Source: Pseudomonadota bacterium
Lineage (GTDB): Bacteria; Pseudomonadota; Gammaproteobacteria; Burkholderiales; Gallionellaceae
Length of the DNA stretch: 64,000 nucleotides
Direction: 5' to 3'
Assembly: GCA_021800795.1 (NCBI GenBank)
Contig: JAJYYO010000010.1
Coordinates: 80 to 64,079 of the forward strand
Shown in pieces: positions 49,633 to 60,097 of this stretch. Made by a program: the position numbers and the translations under genes. The notes beneath the pieces were generated by a model. It ran no database searches. It was not told where the DNA came from and was given only the letters and a program-made list of their open reading frames with translations. How positions within the stretch are numbered: position 1 is the stretch's first letter; each line of letters starts with the position of its first letter.

Positions 49633-51555
49633 ATGAAATTCCTTTTGCTGTTTTTTATGTTGCTTGTCAGCAACGCGTGGGCCGATCAGGATGACGATTT
49701 TCTGGCTGCTCGCGATGCGTTTCGCACAGGCGATGCGGCCAGATTGGCTACCCTGGCGCTGCGCCTGCAACACACCCCGCTGGAAGTTTATACTGCCTAT
49801 TACCAGTTAAGGTTGAATCTGGAAACGGCGGATGTCGGTGTCATCAGAGATTACCTCGCGCGCCCCGATGATACGCCGCTGATCGACAGAATGCGTGCGG
49901 AGTGGCTGAGGATGCTGGGCAGGAAACAGCAATGGGAGCTGTTTGACAGCGAGTATCCGCGTCTGATCGGCGACGATACCGAACTGAACTGTTATGCATT
50001 GCAGTCGCGCATGAGAACACAGGAGTCATCCGTGTTGCGTGAAGCGCATGATTTGTGGTTCAGCGCCAGGGATTTCCCCCAGAGTTGCACTGTGCTGTTT
50101 GATGCGGCGATACAGACCGGCGCGATCAGCAGTCAGGATATCTGGCTGCGGCTGCGGCTGGCATTGGAGGCGGGCAACCTGTCGCTGGCCAAGTCGCTGG
50201 CCGGACGGCTTACGGGGAATCATGCGGTGTCGGCAGCGTCATTGGAACACGCGATGGACAATCCCGCGCGTTATCTTGAGCGCGCCTCTTTTGCGAGCGC
50301 GGGCCAGCGGGTCGCAGCCTTGTTCGCCCTGCAACGGCTTGCCAAACAATCGCCCGATACGGCTTTCTCGCATTGGGAAAAAATCCGCATGCGCTTTCCG
50401 GAAAGTGAACAGCGCTACTTATTCGGTTGGCTGGCTTTTGAAGCGGCGCGCAAACATGATGGCCGCGCACTGCAATGGTACAGCCAGGCGGCCCAGTTGA
50501 ACGAGCAACAATCCGCCTGGCGGGTGCGCGCTGCGCTGCGTGCAGTGGATTGGCCTGCGGTGCTGTCTGCGGTTGAGGCGATGACCGACGCCCAGCAGGG
50601 CGATGCCACCTGGCGATACTGGAAGGCACGCGCGCTGCAAGCCACGGGCCGCCGTGCAGAAGCGTTGGAAATTTTCGCGCCCCTGAGTGCGGAACATACC
50701 TTTTACGGGCAACTGGCCGGCGAGGAATTGTCCGATACGCCAGTGCTCAGCACCACGCCAACTGCTTATCAGCCCGACAAGCAGGATATTGCGACAATAG
50801 AAAATTTGCCCGGGGTGCGTCGCACGCTGGCCTTGTATCGCATGAATCTTCGCACCGATGCGCTGCGCGAATGGGCATGGGTGACGCGCAATTTCAACGA
50901 TCATGAGTTGCTGGCTGCCGCGGAAATTGCCAGACGAAATGAGATGTACGACAGGGCCATCAATACCGCCGAAAAAACCGTGCTGGTGCATGATTTCAGT
51001 CTGCGTTATCTGGCGCCTTATCGCGCTGCCATGCGCGCGCATATTCGCGAGAATGGCCTGGAAGAGGCCTGGGTTTATGGTTTGATGCGTCAGGAAAGCC
51101 GTTTTGTGACATCTGCAAAGTCCGGCGTAGGAGCGTCAGGGTTGATGCAGATCATGCCGACGACGGCGCTGTGGATCGCAAAAAAGCTTGGGCTGAAAGA
51201 TTATCGCGCATCCTTGCTTCATCAACTGGATACCAATTTGACTTTGGGCACGTATTACATGAAGAATATGCTGTCGTCGCTGGACGGCAGCCCGGTGCTG
51301 GCGTCGGCCGCGTATAACGCAGGGCCGGGCAGGGCGCGGCGCTGGTGTGCAGAGACGCCACTGGAAGGCGCAATTTATATCGAGACGATCCCTTTCGATG
51401 AAACGCGTGATTATGTGAAGAAGGTGATGAGCAACACCATGTATTACGCCCGGGAATTCGGCACGCCATCCCGTTCGCTGAAGTTGCGTCTGGGCGTCAT
51501 CGCCGCTAAAACGTCGGCTGTTCCGGATGACAACTCGCCGGGTGTGACGCCATGA
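49633..51555 (+). CDS. slt: soluble lytic murein transglycosylase (Slt70-like)
   Basis: GLMRQESRF, GASGLMQIMP, AAYNAGPGR, ETRDYVKKV. Confidence 0.92.
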   Translation: MKFLLLFFMLLVSNAWADQDDDFLAARDAFRTGDAARLATLALRLQHTPLEVYTAYYQLRLNLETADVGVIRDYLARPDDTPLIDRMRAEWLRMLGRKQQWELFDSEYPRLIGDDTELNCYALQSRMRTQESSVLREAHDLWFSARDFPQSCTVLFDAAIQTGAISSQDIWLRLRLALEAGNLSLAKSLAGRLTGNHAVSAASLEHAMDNPARYLERASFASAGQRVAALFALQRLAKQSPDTAFSHWEKIRMRFPESEQRYLFGWLAFEAARKHDGRALQWYSQAAQLNEQQSAWRVRAALRAVDWPAVLSAVEAMTDAQQGDATWRYWKARALQATGRRAEALEIFAPLSAEHTFYGQLAGEELSDTPVLSTTPTAYQPDKQDIATIENLPGVRRTLALYRMNLRTDALREWAWVTRNFNDHELLAAAEIARRNEMYDRAINTAEKTVLVHDFSLRYLAPYRAAMRAHIRENGLEEAWVYGLMRQESRFVTSAKSGVGASGLMQIMPTTALWIAKKLGLKDYRASLLHQLDTNLTLGTYYMKNMLSSLDGSPVLASAAYNAGPGRARRWCAETPLEGAIYIETIPFDETRDYVKKVMSNTMYYAREFGTPSRSLKLRLGVIAAKTSAVPDDNSPGVTP

Positions 51556-52784
51556 GCAAGGTTGCAGAAATTTACTGCGTGGGCGGTGCGGTGCGCGATC
51601 GGCAGCTTGGATTGCCGGTTGTCGATCATGACTGGGTGGTGGTCGGCAGCACGCCGCAAGCCATGGCGGAGCAGGGTTTTTTGCCGGTGGGGCGCGATTT
51701 TCCGGTATTTCTGCATCCGGAAACGCATGAGGAGTATGCACTGGCGCGTACCGAGCGCAAAACAGCAAGCGGCTACAAGGGTTTTTCCGTCTATGCCGCG
51801 CCCGAGGTCACGCTTGAAGAAGACTTGTTGCGCCGCGATTTTACGATCAATGCCATCGCGGAAGACTCAGAGGGAAATCTGATCGATCCGTATCACGGCA
51901 TGGATGATTTGCGTGCCGGGATTTTGCGCCATGTAAGCGCTGCATTCAACGAAGATCCGGTACGTATATTGCGGGGAGCCCGTTTTGCGGCGCGCTTCGG
52001 TTTTGCCATTGCACCTGAGACGCTGGCGCTGATGCGCGACATGGTGAACAACGGCGAAGTGGATGCGCTGATTCCCGAGCGTGTCTGGCAGGAGCTGGCG
52101 CGCGGACTGATGGAGAAAACCCCTTCGCGATTTTTTGAGACTTTGCGTAGTTGCGGCGCGTTGCGGAAGATCATGCCCGAAGTGGATGCGCTGTTTGGCG
52201 TGCCGCAGCCTGAAAAATATCATCCGGAAATCGACTGTGGAATCCACACCATGCTGGTGGTGGATGATGCGGCGCGCCACGATTATGCGCTGGAAGTGCG
52301 TTTCGCCGCACTGACTCATGATCTGGGCAAGGCCACTACGCCCGGGGATATTTTGCCGCGCCATATCGGTCATGAAGTGCGCGGGGTGGATCTGGTAAAA
52401 ACACTCACGCAGCGTTTGCGCGCGACGGGCGAGTGTCGCGATCTGGCGCTGCTTGCCGCGCGTTATCACGGGGATATTCATCGCGCACAGCAATTGCGCA
52501 GCGACACCATCATCAGATTGTTTCAATCGACCGATGCATGGCGTCGCCCGGCTCGTTTCGAGCAGTTGCTGCAAGCATGCGCTGCGGATGCGCGCGGAAG
52601 ATGGGGGCATGAGCAGGATGCCTATCCGCAAGCCGACTACCTGCTGCAGTTGCTGGCGGTCGCACGCGCGGTTAATGCGGGGGAGATTGCCGGTGCGTGC
52701 CTGGATAGCGCTGCAATTCCGGCAGCGGTGCAACAGGCGCGTATCAGCGCAATCGAAAATCTGGTGAATCAGCAACACGCGTAA
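51552..52784 (+). CDS. cca: multifunctional CCA tRNA nucleotidyltransferase
   Basis: VGGAVRD, DHDWVV, RRDFTINA, EDPVRILR, HD domain. Confidence 0.96.
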   Translation: MSKVAEIYCVGGAVRDRQLGLPVVDHDWVVVGSTPQAMAEQGFLPVGRDFPVFLHPETHEEYALARTERKTASGYKGFSVYAAPEVTLEEDLLRRDFTINAIAEDSEGNLIDPYHGMDDLRAGILRHVSAAFNEDPVRILRGARFAARFGFAIAPETLALMRDMVNNGEVDALIPERVWQELARGLMEKTPSRFFETLRSCGALRKIMPEVDALFGVPQPEKYHPEIDCGIHTMLVVDDAARHDYALEVRFAALTHDLGKATTPGDILPRHIGHEVRGVDLVKTLTQRLRATGECRDLALLAARYHGDIHRAQQLRSDTIIRLFQSTDAWRRPARFEQLLQACAADARGRWGHEQDAYPQADYLLQLLAVARAVNAGEIAGACLDSAAIPAAVQQARISAIENLVNQQHA

Positions 52785-52806
52785 CGATCGAGGTCGCGCA
52801 GCACTT

Positions 52807-52932
52807 GAAGAGGTGAAAACGAAAGAGCAGTGGCAACTGCTGCTGAATGAGGGTTGCACCCACTTTCAGGGGTATTTATTCAGCAAGCCGTTACCGATAG
52901 CGCAGTTTGAGGCGCTATTGAAGCGGGGTTGA
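52807..52932 (+). pseudogene. orphan C-terminal fragment of an EAL-domain protein
   Basis: EEVKTKEQWQLLLNEGCTHFQGYLFSKPLPIAQFEALLKRG*. Confidence 0.8.
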
Positions 52933-52938
52933 CGCTTT

Positions 52939-53040
52939 TTAACGTGAAGCTCGCGTAGCGATGTCCGGCTTCGCCTCCGCGCTCTCCCCTCCGGGAAATA
53001 ACCCGTTTCGCCTCATCTCACGGGGAGAGGAGGCGAACGA
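52939..53040. mobile_element. family-A element, copy 6 (truncated)
   Basis: ttaacgtgaagctcgcgtagcg...gctctcccctccgggaaataacc...ggggagagg. Confidence 0.8.
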
Positions 53041-53075
53041 TAATAGCACACCCGAATCGCCGCGCAAGTTTTCCG

Positions 53076-54242
53076 TTAATCCGCCTGTTTGCGCAAAAAA
53101 GAGGGGATGTCATAGGTATCCACACCGGATTTTTCCATCGCATCCACTGCGGCACGGCGGCCGCTGCGCATGATGGTGGGCGTTTCCAGTTCCATGTAAT
53201 TGACATTGGTCATCGGCTGATCGTGCGTGCCGGTTCTTTTGTAGTCCTGATCCACATAGACAATTGCGGGCTTGGCCATTTTGCGTTCCAACGGCAAACC
53301 GAGACCCGTTGCAACCACGGTGACGCGCAACTCATCTCCCATCGATTCGTCAAACACCGAACCCAGGATGACCGTCGCTTCTTCGGCGGCGAATTGTACG
53401 CAAGCCATCACTTCTTCCATTTCCCTGACCTTCAAAGAACTGGTGGACGTGATGTTCACCAGCACGCCGCGCGCACCGGTCATATCTACGTCTTCCAGCA
53501 AGGGACTGGCGATGGCGCGTTCAGCCGCCATCCTTGCGCGATCCGGCCCTGAGGCTACGGCGGAACCCATCATCGCCATGCCGTTTTCCGACATCACCGT
53601 GCGCACGTCGGCAAAGTCGACGTTGATCAGGCCAGGTACATTGATGACTTCGGCGATACCCGCAACCGCCCCCTGCAACACGCCGTTTGCCGCCTTGAAT
53701 GCTTCAGGCACCGTGACATCGTTGCCCAGCACTTCCATCAGCTTGGAGTTAGGCACGATGATCAGCGAGTCCACATGCTCATGCAGCGCCTTGATGCCTT
53801 CGGCGGCGAAGCGCATGCGATTGCCTTCGTAAATGAACGGCTTGGTCACCACCGCTACGGTCAGGATATTCATTTCGCGGGCAATTTGCGCAACGATAGG
53901 CGCAGCACCGGTGCCTGTTCCACCGCCCATTCCGGCTGTGATAAACACCATGTTTGCGCCGGTGATTATCTCCTTGATGCGTTCGCGATCTTCCTCTGCG
54001 GCAGCCCGACCTACCGACGGCTTGGCGCCTGCGCCCAGACCCTTGGTGATCGCAGCACCGATTTGCAGCTGTGTGCGCGCCTTGCTGCGATTCAATGCCT
54101 GCGCATCGGTGTTGATGGCGATAAATTCCACGCCCTGCACGCCCTGCTCGATCATGTGATCGACCGCATTGCCCCCGCAGCCGCCGACACCGATCACCTT
54201 GATGACCGCATCCTGAGATTGTGCTTCCATGATTTCAAACAT
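53076..54242 (-). CDS. ftsZ: cell division protein FtsZ
   Basis: GVGGCGGN, GMGGGTGTG, DFADV, DIPSFLRKQAD. Confidence 0.99.
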   Translation of the reverse strand: MFEIMEAQSQDAVIKVIGVGGCGGNAVDHMIEQGVQGVEFIAINTDAQALNRSKARTQLQIGAAITKGLGAGAKPSVGRAAAEEDRERIKEIITGANMVFITAGMGGGTGTGAAPIVAQIAREMNILTVAVVTKPFIYEGNRMRFAAEGIKALHEHVDSLIIVPNSKLMEVLGNDVTVPEAFKAANGVLQGAVAGIAEVINVPGLINVDFADVRTVMSENGMAMMGSAVASGPDRARMAAERAIASPLLEDVDMTGARGVLVNITSTSSLKVREMEEVMACVQFAAEEATVILGSVFDESMGDELRVTVVATGLGLPLERKMAKPAIVYVDQDYKRTGTHDQPMTNVNYMELETPTIMRSGRRAAVDAMEKSGVDTYDIPSFLRKQAD

Positions 54243-54313
54243 CTCTGTCTCCTTTTTATGACAAAATTTTAATTGATCAGACTCTGACCGCTCTTAACCT
54301 AAAAACTGAATCC

Positions 54314-54368
54314 TTCACGCAACAACTTGGGGCATAGCCCCTTAGTTGTGTGGGGAATGCCCTTGCGG
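54314..54368 (+). repeat. family-B 55-bp element, copy 1 (ftsA-ftsZ)
   Basis: ttcacgcaacaacttggggcatagccccttagttgtgtggggaatgcccttgcgg. Confidence 0.9.
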
Positions 54369-54381
54369 CATGGATCTTTTT

Positions 54382-55605
54382 CTAAAACCACGACTTCATT
54401 CTTGCCAGGACATCGCTAAACGAACTTGATTGTTTGCGTGTCTCTTCATTGTTCTTGTAGTGCTCCAGGCCGTATAACAACAGGCCTACCCCGGTCGCCA
54501 TGCGTGGCGTTTTCACCACATCCGACAAACCGCCGACATACCTGGGGATACCCAGCCTGACCGGCAGATGGAAAATTTCCTCGCCCAATTCGACCATGCC
54601 CTGCATGGCGCTGCTGCCACCCGTAATGACAATCCCCGAAGACAGCAAATCATCGAAACCGCTGCGTCGCAGTTCCGCCTGCACCAGTGAATAAAGTTCT
54701 TCCACGCGCGGCTCTATTACTTCAGACAGGGTTTGCCTGGACAACATGCGCGGGCCGCGTTCGCCCACGCCCGGCACTTCGATCACGCCGTCATCCGCCA
54801 GCTGGCGCAGTGCGCAGCCGTGTCTGATCTTGATGTCTTCGGCATCCTGGGTCGGCGTGCGCAGCGCCATCGCGATGTCGTTGGTGATCTGATCTCCGGC
54901 AATCGGTATCACCGCGGTGTGGCGTATCGAACCTCCGGTAAACACCGCGATGTCGGTGGTGCCGCCGCCGATATCCACCAGACACACGCCCAGATCCATT
55001 TCATCCTCGGCCAGCACCGCACGACTGGAAGCCAGTGGTTGCAGGATCAGCTCGTTCACCTCAAGTCCGCAGCGGTGTATGCATTTCATGATGTTCTGCA
55101 CCGCCGCTACGGCCCCCGTGACGATGTGCACTTCCACGTCCAGCCGCATCCCGCTCATGCCCAGCGGCTTCTTGATGCCGTCCTGTCCGTCTATGCTGAA
55201 TGCCTGCTCAAGCACGTGCAATATCTGCTGATCGCCCGCCAGACTGATGGAGCTGGCCGTCTCAAGCACCCGCTCTATGTCGGCCTGGGTGACTTCCTTT
55301 TCCTTGATTTTCACCATGCCGCGAGAATTCGTGCTGCGTATATGGCTGCCCGCGATCCCGGTATGCACCGCACTGATCTTGCAATCTGCCATCAGCTCGG
55401 CTTCCTCCAGTGCGCGCTGAATTGCCCCCACCGTCGCCTCGATGTTGACCACCATGCCTTTCTTTAAACCGGAGGATTCGTGCATCCCCATGCCGATCAC
55501 TTCCAGCAAGCCGTCATCCCTGACTTCGCCTACGATGACCACAATCTTGGACGTGCCGATGTCCAGGCCGACCACCAGATTTTTAGCATCCCTGTTTCTG
55601 CTCAT
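54382..55605 (-). CDS. ftsA: cell division protein FtsA
   Basis: GLDIGTSK, DIGGGTTD, TGGSS; ends MKSWF*. Confidence 0.97.
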   Translation of the reverse strand: MSRNRDAKNLVVGLDIGTSKIVVIVGEVRDDGLLEVIGMGMHESSGLKKGMVVNIEATVGAIQRALEEAELMADCKISAVHTGIAGSHIRSTNSRGMVKIKEKEVTQADIERVLETASSISLAGDQQILHVLEQAFSIDGQDGIKKPLGMSGMRLDVEVHIVTGAVAAVQNIMKCIHRCGLEVNELILQPLASSRAVLAEDEMDLGVCLVDIGGGTTDIAVFTGGSIRHTAVIPIAGDQITNDIAMALRTPTQDAEDIKIRHGCALRQLADDGVIEVPGVGERGPRMLSRQTLSEVIEPRVEELYSLVQAELRRSGFDDLLSSGIVITGGSSAMQGMVELGEEIFHLPVRLGIPRYVGGLSDVVKTPRMATGVGLLLYGLEHYKNNEETRKQSSSFSDVLARMKSWF

Positions 55606-55619
55606 CGCATGATCTCCAC

Positions 55620-55740
55620 ATCAGAAGACAGAGGACAGGGGGCAGAGGACAGCCGTCTATTCCCCGTCAGCGCTCCGGTGTCCTTAACTTTTAATATTTT
55701 CATCCCTCAGTCCTCCGATTTCTGTCTTCTTGTCTGACGG
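55620..55740. repeat. inverted heptamer arrays (GACAGAG variant) across the ftsQ 3' end
   Basis: cagaagacagaggacaggggcagaggacag ... cagtcctccgatttctgtcttcttgtctg. Confidence 0.7.
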
Positions 55741-56419
55741 CAAATCCGTTGCGATAGCGCATATCCACATATTTCACTCCCTCTGTATTCCGCCATGCAT
55801 CTGTCTTCTGAACAGCCACGAATCTGGCCAGGCGTTCATCCATCGCTTCACGTCCCAATTCCACCACCATGTCATTGCTCAAATGCAGCTGCCAGGCATG
55901 ACGCGGCGACAGGGACAACTGGGTCACCTGCAAATGCAACGGCGCGAGTTGTTCGCTGAACTTTGCATATCTTTGCGCCACTTCCGCAGAGCTGCCATCC
56001 GTTCCGATGAATCTTGGCAGTTTCTGCGTCGTTTCAGCCACAAACACTACGCCCTGGCTGTTTATCAGCGCTTCGTCATTCCAGTGCGCGATCGCCTTGT
56101 ATTCTTCTAACTGCACCGCCAGCCGGTTCGGGAATTCGCGGCGTATGCTGACGCGGCGCACCCAGGGCAGCTTCTCCAATGTCTGCCTGAGACTGTCTAT
56201 ATCCACCGTAAAGAAATTACCCCGCACTTCATGTCTTACTGATTCCAGCACCGCAGCGGCTGCCACATGTTCGGGTGCGGCACTCAGGCGCACGCTCTTG
56301 ATGGGCAGCAATTTCGGCATATGCACTGCGTAATGCACCGCGCCGTACAGCGCCGCCAACACACTGCAAGCAAACAGTGCATTAGCGATACTGCGCAGCA
56401 GGGGGGCGTTATCCCACAT
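55700..56419 (-). CDS. ftsQ: cell division protein FtsQ
   Basis: [34 protein letters not shown]. Confidence 0.93.
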   Translation of the reverse strand: MWDNAPLLRSIANALFACSVLAALYGAVHYAVHMPKLLPIKSVRLSAAPEHVAAAAVLESVRHEVRGNFFTVDIDSLRQTLEKLPWVRRVSIRREFPNRLAVQLEEYKAIAHWNDEALINSQGVVFVAETTQKLPRFIGTDGSSAEVAQRYAKFSEQLAPLHLQVTQLSLSPRHAWQLHLSNDMVVELGREAMDERLARFVAVQKTDAWRNTEGVKYVDMRYRNGFAVRQEDRNRRTEG

Positions 56420-57419
56420 GGGCCAGCTCCAGCACACGCAACACCAGTTGCTCGAAGCTGATGCCCGCCTTGCGCGCCGCCATCGGCACCAGGCTGTGAT
56501 CCGTCATGCCGGGCGAGGTGTTCGCTTCCAGCACGTAAGGCTGCCCTGACTCGCTCATCAGAAAGTCCACCCGTCCCCAGCCTTGTCCGCCTATCAAGGC
56601 AAATGCCAGCTTCGCAAGTCTCTGCATTTCCGCTTCCTGAGTCGCAGCCAAACCGCTCGGGCACAGATAACGCGTGTCATCGCGCAGATATTTCGCCTCA
56701 TAGTCATAGAACTCATTGACAGGCTCAATCTTGATGACCGGCAAAGCTTGTTCTCCCAGTATCGCCACGGTGTATTCGCCGCCGCCGATAAAGCGCTCCG
56801 CGATCACCAAAGGGTCGTGCTTCGCAGCGCTCGAATAGGCCGATTGCAATTCGACTGTCGCCTTGACCTTGCTGATGCCGACGCTGGACCCTTCATTGGC
56901 AGGTTTCACGAACAGCGGCAGCCCCAGTTGTTGCACGACGTCGGCACCGTTGCTTTGCTCGGTCAACATCACGAAATCCGGGATAGGCAAGCCACCTGCC
57001 TGCCAGACCAGCTTGCTGCGCCATTTGTCCATGCCCAGCGCGGAAGCCATCACGCCGCTGCCGGTATACGGAATCCCCAGCAACTCCAGCGCCCCCTGTA
57101 CCGTACCGTCTTCACCAAAGCGTCCGTGCAGCGCGATGAAAACGCGATCGAATCCTTCGTCCAGCAGCGCCTGCAAATTTCTCGTGGCCGGATCAAACGC
57201 ATGGGCATCCACACCGCTGCGCTGCAAGGCAGCCAATACCGCGGCGCCGCTTTTAAGCGAAACTTCACGCTCGGCGGAACGACCGCCTAACAGCACCGCA
57301 ACCTTGCCGAAAGAACCAGGATCGAGGATCGAGACCGCAAGGGTCTTCCCCGCACAACTAAGGGGCTGCGCCCCAAGTTGTTGCGTGAAGGATTGAGGAT
57401 TGAGATTCTGGTTATCCAT
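56409..57419 (-). CDS. ddl: D-alanine--D-alanine ligase with repeat-derived N-terminal insert
   Basis: [32 protein letters not shown]. Confidence 0.96.
   Translation of the reverse strand: MDNQNLNPQSFTQQLGAQPLSCAGKTLAVSILDPGSFGKVAVLLGGRSAEREVSLKSGAAVLAALQRSGVDAHAFDPATRNLQALLDEGFDRVFIALHGRFGEDGTVQGALELLGIPYTGSGVMASALGMDKWRSKLVWQAGGLPIPDFVMLTEQSNGADVVQQLGLPLFVKPANEGSSVGISKVKATVELQSAYSSAAKHDPLVIAERFIGGGEYTVAILGEQALPVIKIEPVNEFYDYEAKYLRDDTRYLCPSGLAATQEAEMQRLAKLAFALIGGQGWGRVDFLMSESGQPYVLEANTSPGMTDHSLVPMAARKAGISFEQLVLRVLELAHVG
57335..57389 (-). repeat. family-B 55-bp element, copy 2 (in frame in ddl)
   Basis: Reverse-complement homolog of 54314-54368, flanked by heptamers. Confidence 0.9.
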
Positions 57420-58557
57420 GTTTCGCATACTCGCCGATAATTTTTACTTCAGGGTGCAGCAGCACCCCGGTCTGTTTTTCCACTGTCTCACGCACCAGAA
57501 TGATCAGGTTTTCAATATTTGCCGCCGTGGCGTTGCCGACATTGACAATAAAGTTCGCGTGCTTGTCAGATACCTGCGCACCTCCGATACGTCTGCCTTT
57601 CAGCCCGCACATTTCGATCAGGCGCGCCGCATGATCGCCAGGCGGATTGCGGAACACCGAGCCTGCATTCGGCAAACTCAGCGGCTGGCTCACGATTCGT
57701 TTTGCCAGCAGCTCCTTGATTTGCCTGCGCGCCGTTTCACCATTTCCCTGCTCGAATGAAAGCCATGCGCCGACAAAAAACTCTTCAGAGGAATGAGGAG
57801 CGAGGAACGAGGAATGAGAAAAACCAGCCAATTCCCCGCGATCCTCAATCCTCAGTCCTCGATCCTGAATTCTGGCCACGCTTCTGTAGCCAATTTCGTA
57901 TTCCTGCGGCGTACGCTCGATCAATTCGCCGCTGCGCGTCATCACCTGCACCTTCACCACGTGCTGCCAGGTTTCTCCCCCATAGCATCCCGCGTTCATC
58001 GCCAGCATGCCGCCCAGCGTGCCGGGAATACCGGCAAAGAACTCGGCACCGCTGCGCCCGTGCAAGGCGGCAAAGCGTGCCAGTTTCGCACCCGGCACAC
58101 CGGCCTGTGCGTAGATCAGGCCATCTTCCTGAACGGCCAATTCTTTCAGCGCGCCGTGCAGCAGCAAAACCGAACCACCGACTCCGCCGTCGCGCACCAG
58201 CAGATTGCTGCCCAGCCCGACGACCAGCAAAGGCTCATCGGGTGGCAGGCTGCACAAAAACACCCGCAAATCATCCAGGTCGACAGGCTGATAAAACCGC
58301 GCCGCCATTCCGCCGGCGCGCCAGCTGGTGTGGCGGCTCATGGGCTCGTCGAAACTCAACTTGCCCCGCAAACCAGAGGACAGAGGACGGAGGACGGAGG
58401 ACAGGCGTGTTGTTGCCGCTACGCGGCAATCTATTGATGCAGGCGCAGCAATGCTGCCCACCGCCTCTGTCTTCTGTCTTTCACGCAACAACTCGGGGCT
58501 TAGCCCCTTAGTTGTGCGGGGAAGACCCTTGCGGTCTCTGTTCTCTGTTACGTTCAT
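57412..58557 (-). CDS. murB: UDP-N-acetylmuramate dehydrogenase with two repeat-derived inserts
   Basis: [38 protein letters not shown]; ATG overlaps the murC stop. Confidence 0.95.
   Translation of the reverse strand: MNVTENRDRKGLPRTTKGLSPELLRERQKTEAVGSIAAPASIDCRVAATTRLSSVLRPLSSGLRGKLSFDEPMSRHTSWRAGGMAARFYQPVDLDDLRVFLCSLPPDEPLLVVGLGSNLLVRDGGVGGSVLLLHGALKELAVQEDGLIYAQAGVPGAKLARFAALHGRSGAEFFAGIPGTLGGMLAMNAGCYGGETWQHVVKVQVMTRSGELIERTPQEYEIGYRSVARIQDRGLRIEDRGELAGFSHSSFLAPHSSEEFFVGAWLSFEQGNGETARRQIKELLAKRIVSQPLSLPNAGSVFRNPPGDHAARLIEMCGLKGRRIGGAQVSDKHANFIVNVGNATAANIENLIILVRETVEKQTGVLLHPEVKIIGEYAKHG
57788..57867. repeat. inverted heptamer arrays in frame inside murB
   Basis: gaggaat gaggagc gaggaac gaggaat ... 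atcctca atcctca gtcctcg atcctg. Confidence 0.85.
58480..58534 (+). repeat. family-B 55-bp element, copy 3 (in frame in murB N-terminus)
   Basis: ttcacgcaacaactcggggcttagccccttagttgtgcggggaagacccttgcgg. Confidence 0.9.
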
Positions 58558-60062
58558 GTCTGCGCCATCTGTTTGATTGCACCCGGCACGTTGCCGATAG
58601 AGCCCGCACCCATGGTCAGCACCACATCGCCGTCCTTTACCAGTTGCAGTATGGTCTTCGGCATGTCGGCAATCTGCTCGACAAATATCGCCTCGCTTTG
58701 TCCCGCCAGTCGCAACGCGTGCATCATTGCGCGGCCATCCGCTGCCACCAGCGGTATCTCTCCTGCCGCATACACTTCCGCCAGCACCAGTACGTCCACG
58801 CCGCACAGGATTTTCACGAAGTCCTCGAAAAGGTCGCGCGTACGGGTATAGCGATGCGGCTGGAATGCCAGCACCAGACGGCGGCCCGGAAACGCGCCGC
58901 GTACCGCCGCCAGCGACGCCGCCATTTCGACCGGGTGATGACCGTAGTCATCGATTAACGTAAAGCTACCTCGTCCGCCAGAGGACGAGGTGACGTTTGC
59001 TCTTTCACCCTCCGGGGGATAACCAGTGACTTGCCCGTTTACGGGCTTAGTCAAATGGCTAGTAGTTTCATCAAAGTTGGATAGAGGGAGCGCAATTTCT
59101 CCGTAGCGCTGGAAACGCCTGCCCACACCCTCGAATTCACCCAGGGCGGCAACAATGGCTTCATCCGCCACGCCGATTTCCAGCCCGATAGCAATGGCAG
59201 CCAGCGCATTCAATACATTATGGTTGCCCGCCAGATTGAGGGTAATGTCGAGATCCTTGGGTGTGCCGTTTTGTCGACATTGCGCGGTAAACAACATCCG
59301 GCCCCCCTGTGGGCGCACGTTTACCGCACGGATCTGCGCCGCCTCGCTGAACCCATAGGTGGTCACCGGCTTGGTGATGCGCGGCAAAATTTCCTGCACA
59401 TGGATGTCGTCCACACACAGCATGGCGCGACCATAGAACGGCAGATGTTCGACGAAATCCACGAAGGCCTGCTTGAGGCGCGAAAAATCATGACCGTAGG
59501 TTTCCATGTGATCCGCATCGATATTGGTAATCACCGCGAGTATCGGTTGCAGATACAAAAAAGACGCATCCGATTCATCTGCTTCCACCACGATGAATTC
59601 TCCGGTGCCGAGCTTGGCATTGGTGCCGCTGCTGTTGAGTTTGCCGCCGATCACGAAGGTCGGGTCAAACCCGCCTCTGGCCAACACGCTGGCAGCCAGC
59701 GAAGTCGTCGTGGTCTTGCCGTGCGTACCGGCGACCGCAATCCCCTGACGCAGACGCAGCAGTTCGGCCAGCATCATCGCGCGCGGCACCACCGGAATAT
59801 GGCGCGTGCGAGCAGCCTGCACTTCCGGATTGTCCTGGCCCACAGCGGTGGATACCACCACGACATCGGCGTTCTTTACATTTTGCTCGTCATGACCGAC
59901 GGATACCGCGGCGCCCAACTGGCTCAGGCGTTTGGTCGCCGCGTTTTCGCTCAGATCAGAACCGCTCACGGCGAATCCCAGATTGAGCAATACCTCGGCA
60001 ATGCCGTTCATCCCCGAGCCGCCGATGCCAACAAAATGGATGTGCTTGATTTTATGTTTCAT
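58554..60062 (-). CDS. murC: UDP-N-acetylmuramate--L-alanine ligase with internal repeat-derived insert
   Basis: [38 protein letters not shown]. Confidence 0.97.
   Translation of the reverse strand: MKHKIKHIHFVGIGGSGMNGIAEVLLNLGFAVSGSDLSENAATKRLSQLGAAVSVGHDEQNVKNADVVVVSTAVGQDNPEVQAARTRHIPVVPRAMMLAELLRLRQGIAVAGTHGKTTTTSLAASVLARGGFDPTFVIGGKLNSSGTNAKLGTGEFIVVEADESDASFLYLQPILAVITNIDADHMETYGHDFSRLKQAFVDFVEHLPFYGRAMLCVDDIHVQEILPRITKPVTTYGFSEAAQIRAVNVRPQGGRMLFTAQCRQNGTPKDLDITLNLAGNHNVLNALAAIAIGLEIGVADEAIVAALGEFEGVGRRFQRYGEIALPLSNFDETTSHLTKPVNGQVTGYPPEGERANVTSSSGGRGSFTLIDDYGHHPVEMAASLAAVRGAFPGRRLVLAFQPHRYTRTRDLFEDFVKILCGVDVLVLAEVYAAGEIPLVAADGRAMMHALRLAGQSEAIFVEQIADMPKTILQLVKDGDVVLTMGAGSIGNVPGAIKQMAQT
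58955..59093. mobile_element. family-A element, copy 7 (degenerate, in frame in murC)
   Basis: ttaacgtaaagct...ccctccgggggataaccagtgactt...atggctagtagtttcatc...gagggagcgc aligns with copies 4 and 5. Confidence 0.75.
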
Positions 60063-60073
60063 TTTGTCTGCAT

Positions 60074-60097
60074 GGGCGCGATTAATCGCGCTCCTAT
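60074..60097. repeat. REP-like palindrome overlapping the murG stop
   Basis: gggcgcgattaatcgcgctcctat. Confidence 0.6.

Noticed and set aside
58558-58806. Long N-terminal extension of MurB from 58806
   Set aside because: It overlaps murC in another frame; the coupled ATG at 58557 is the plausible start.
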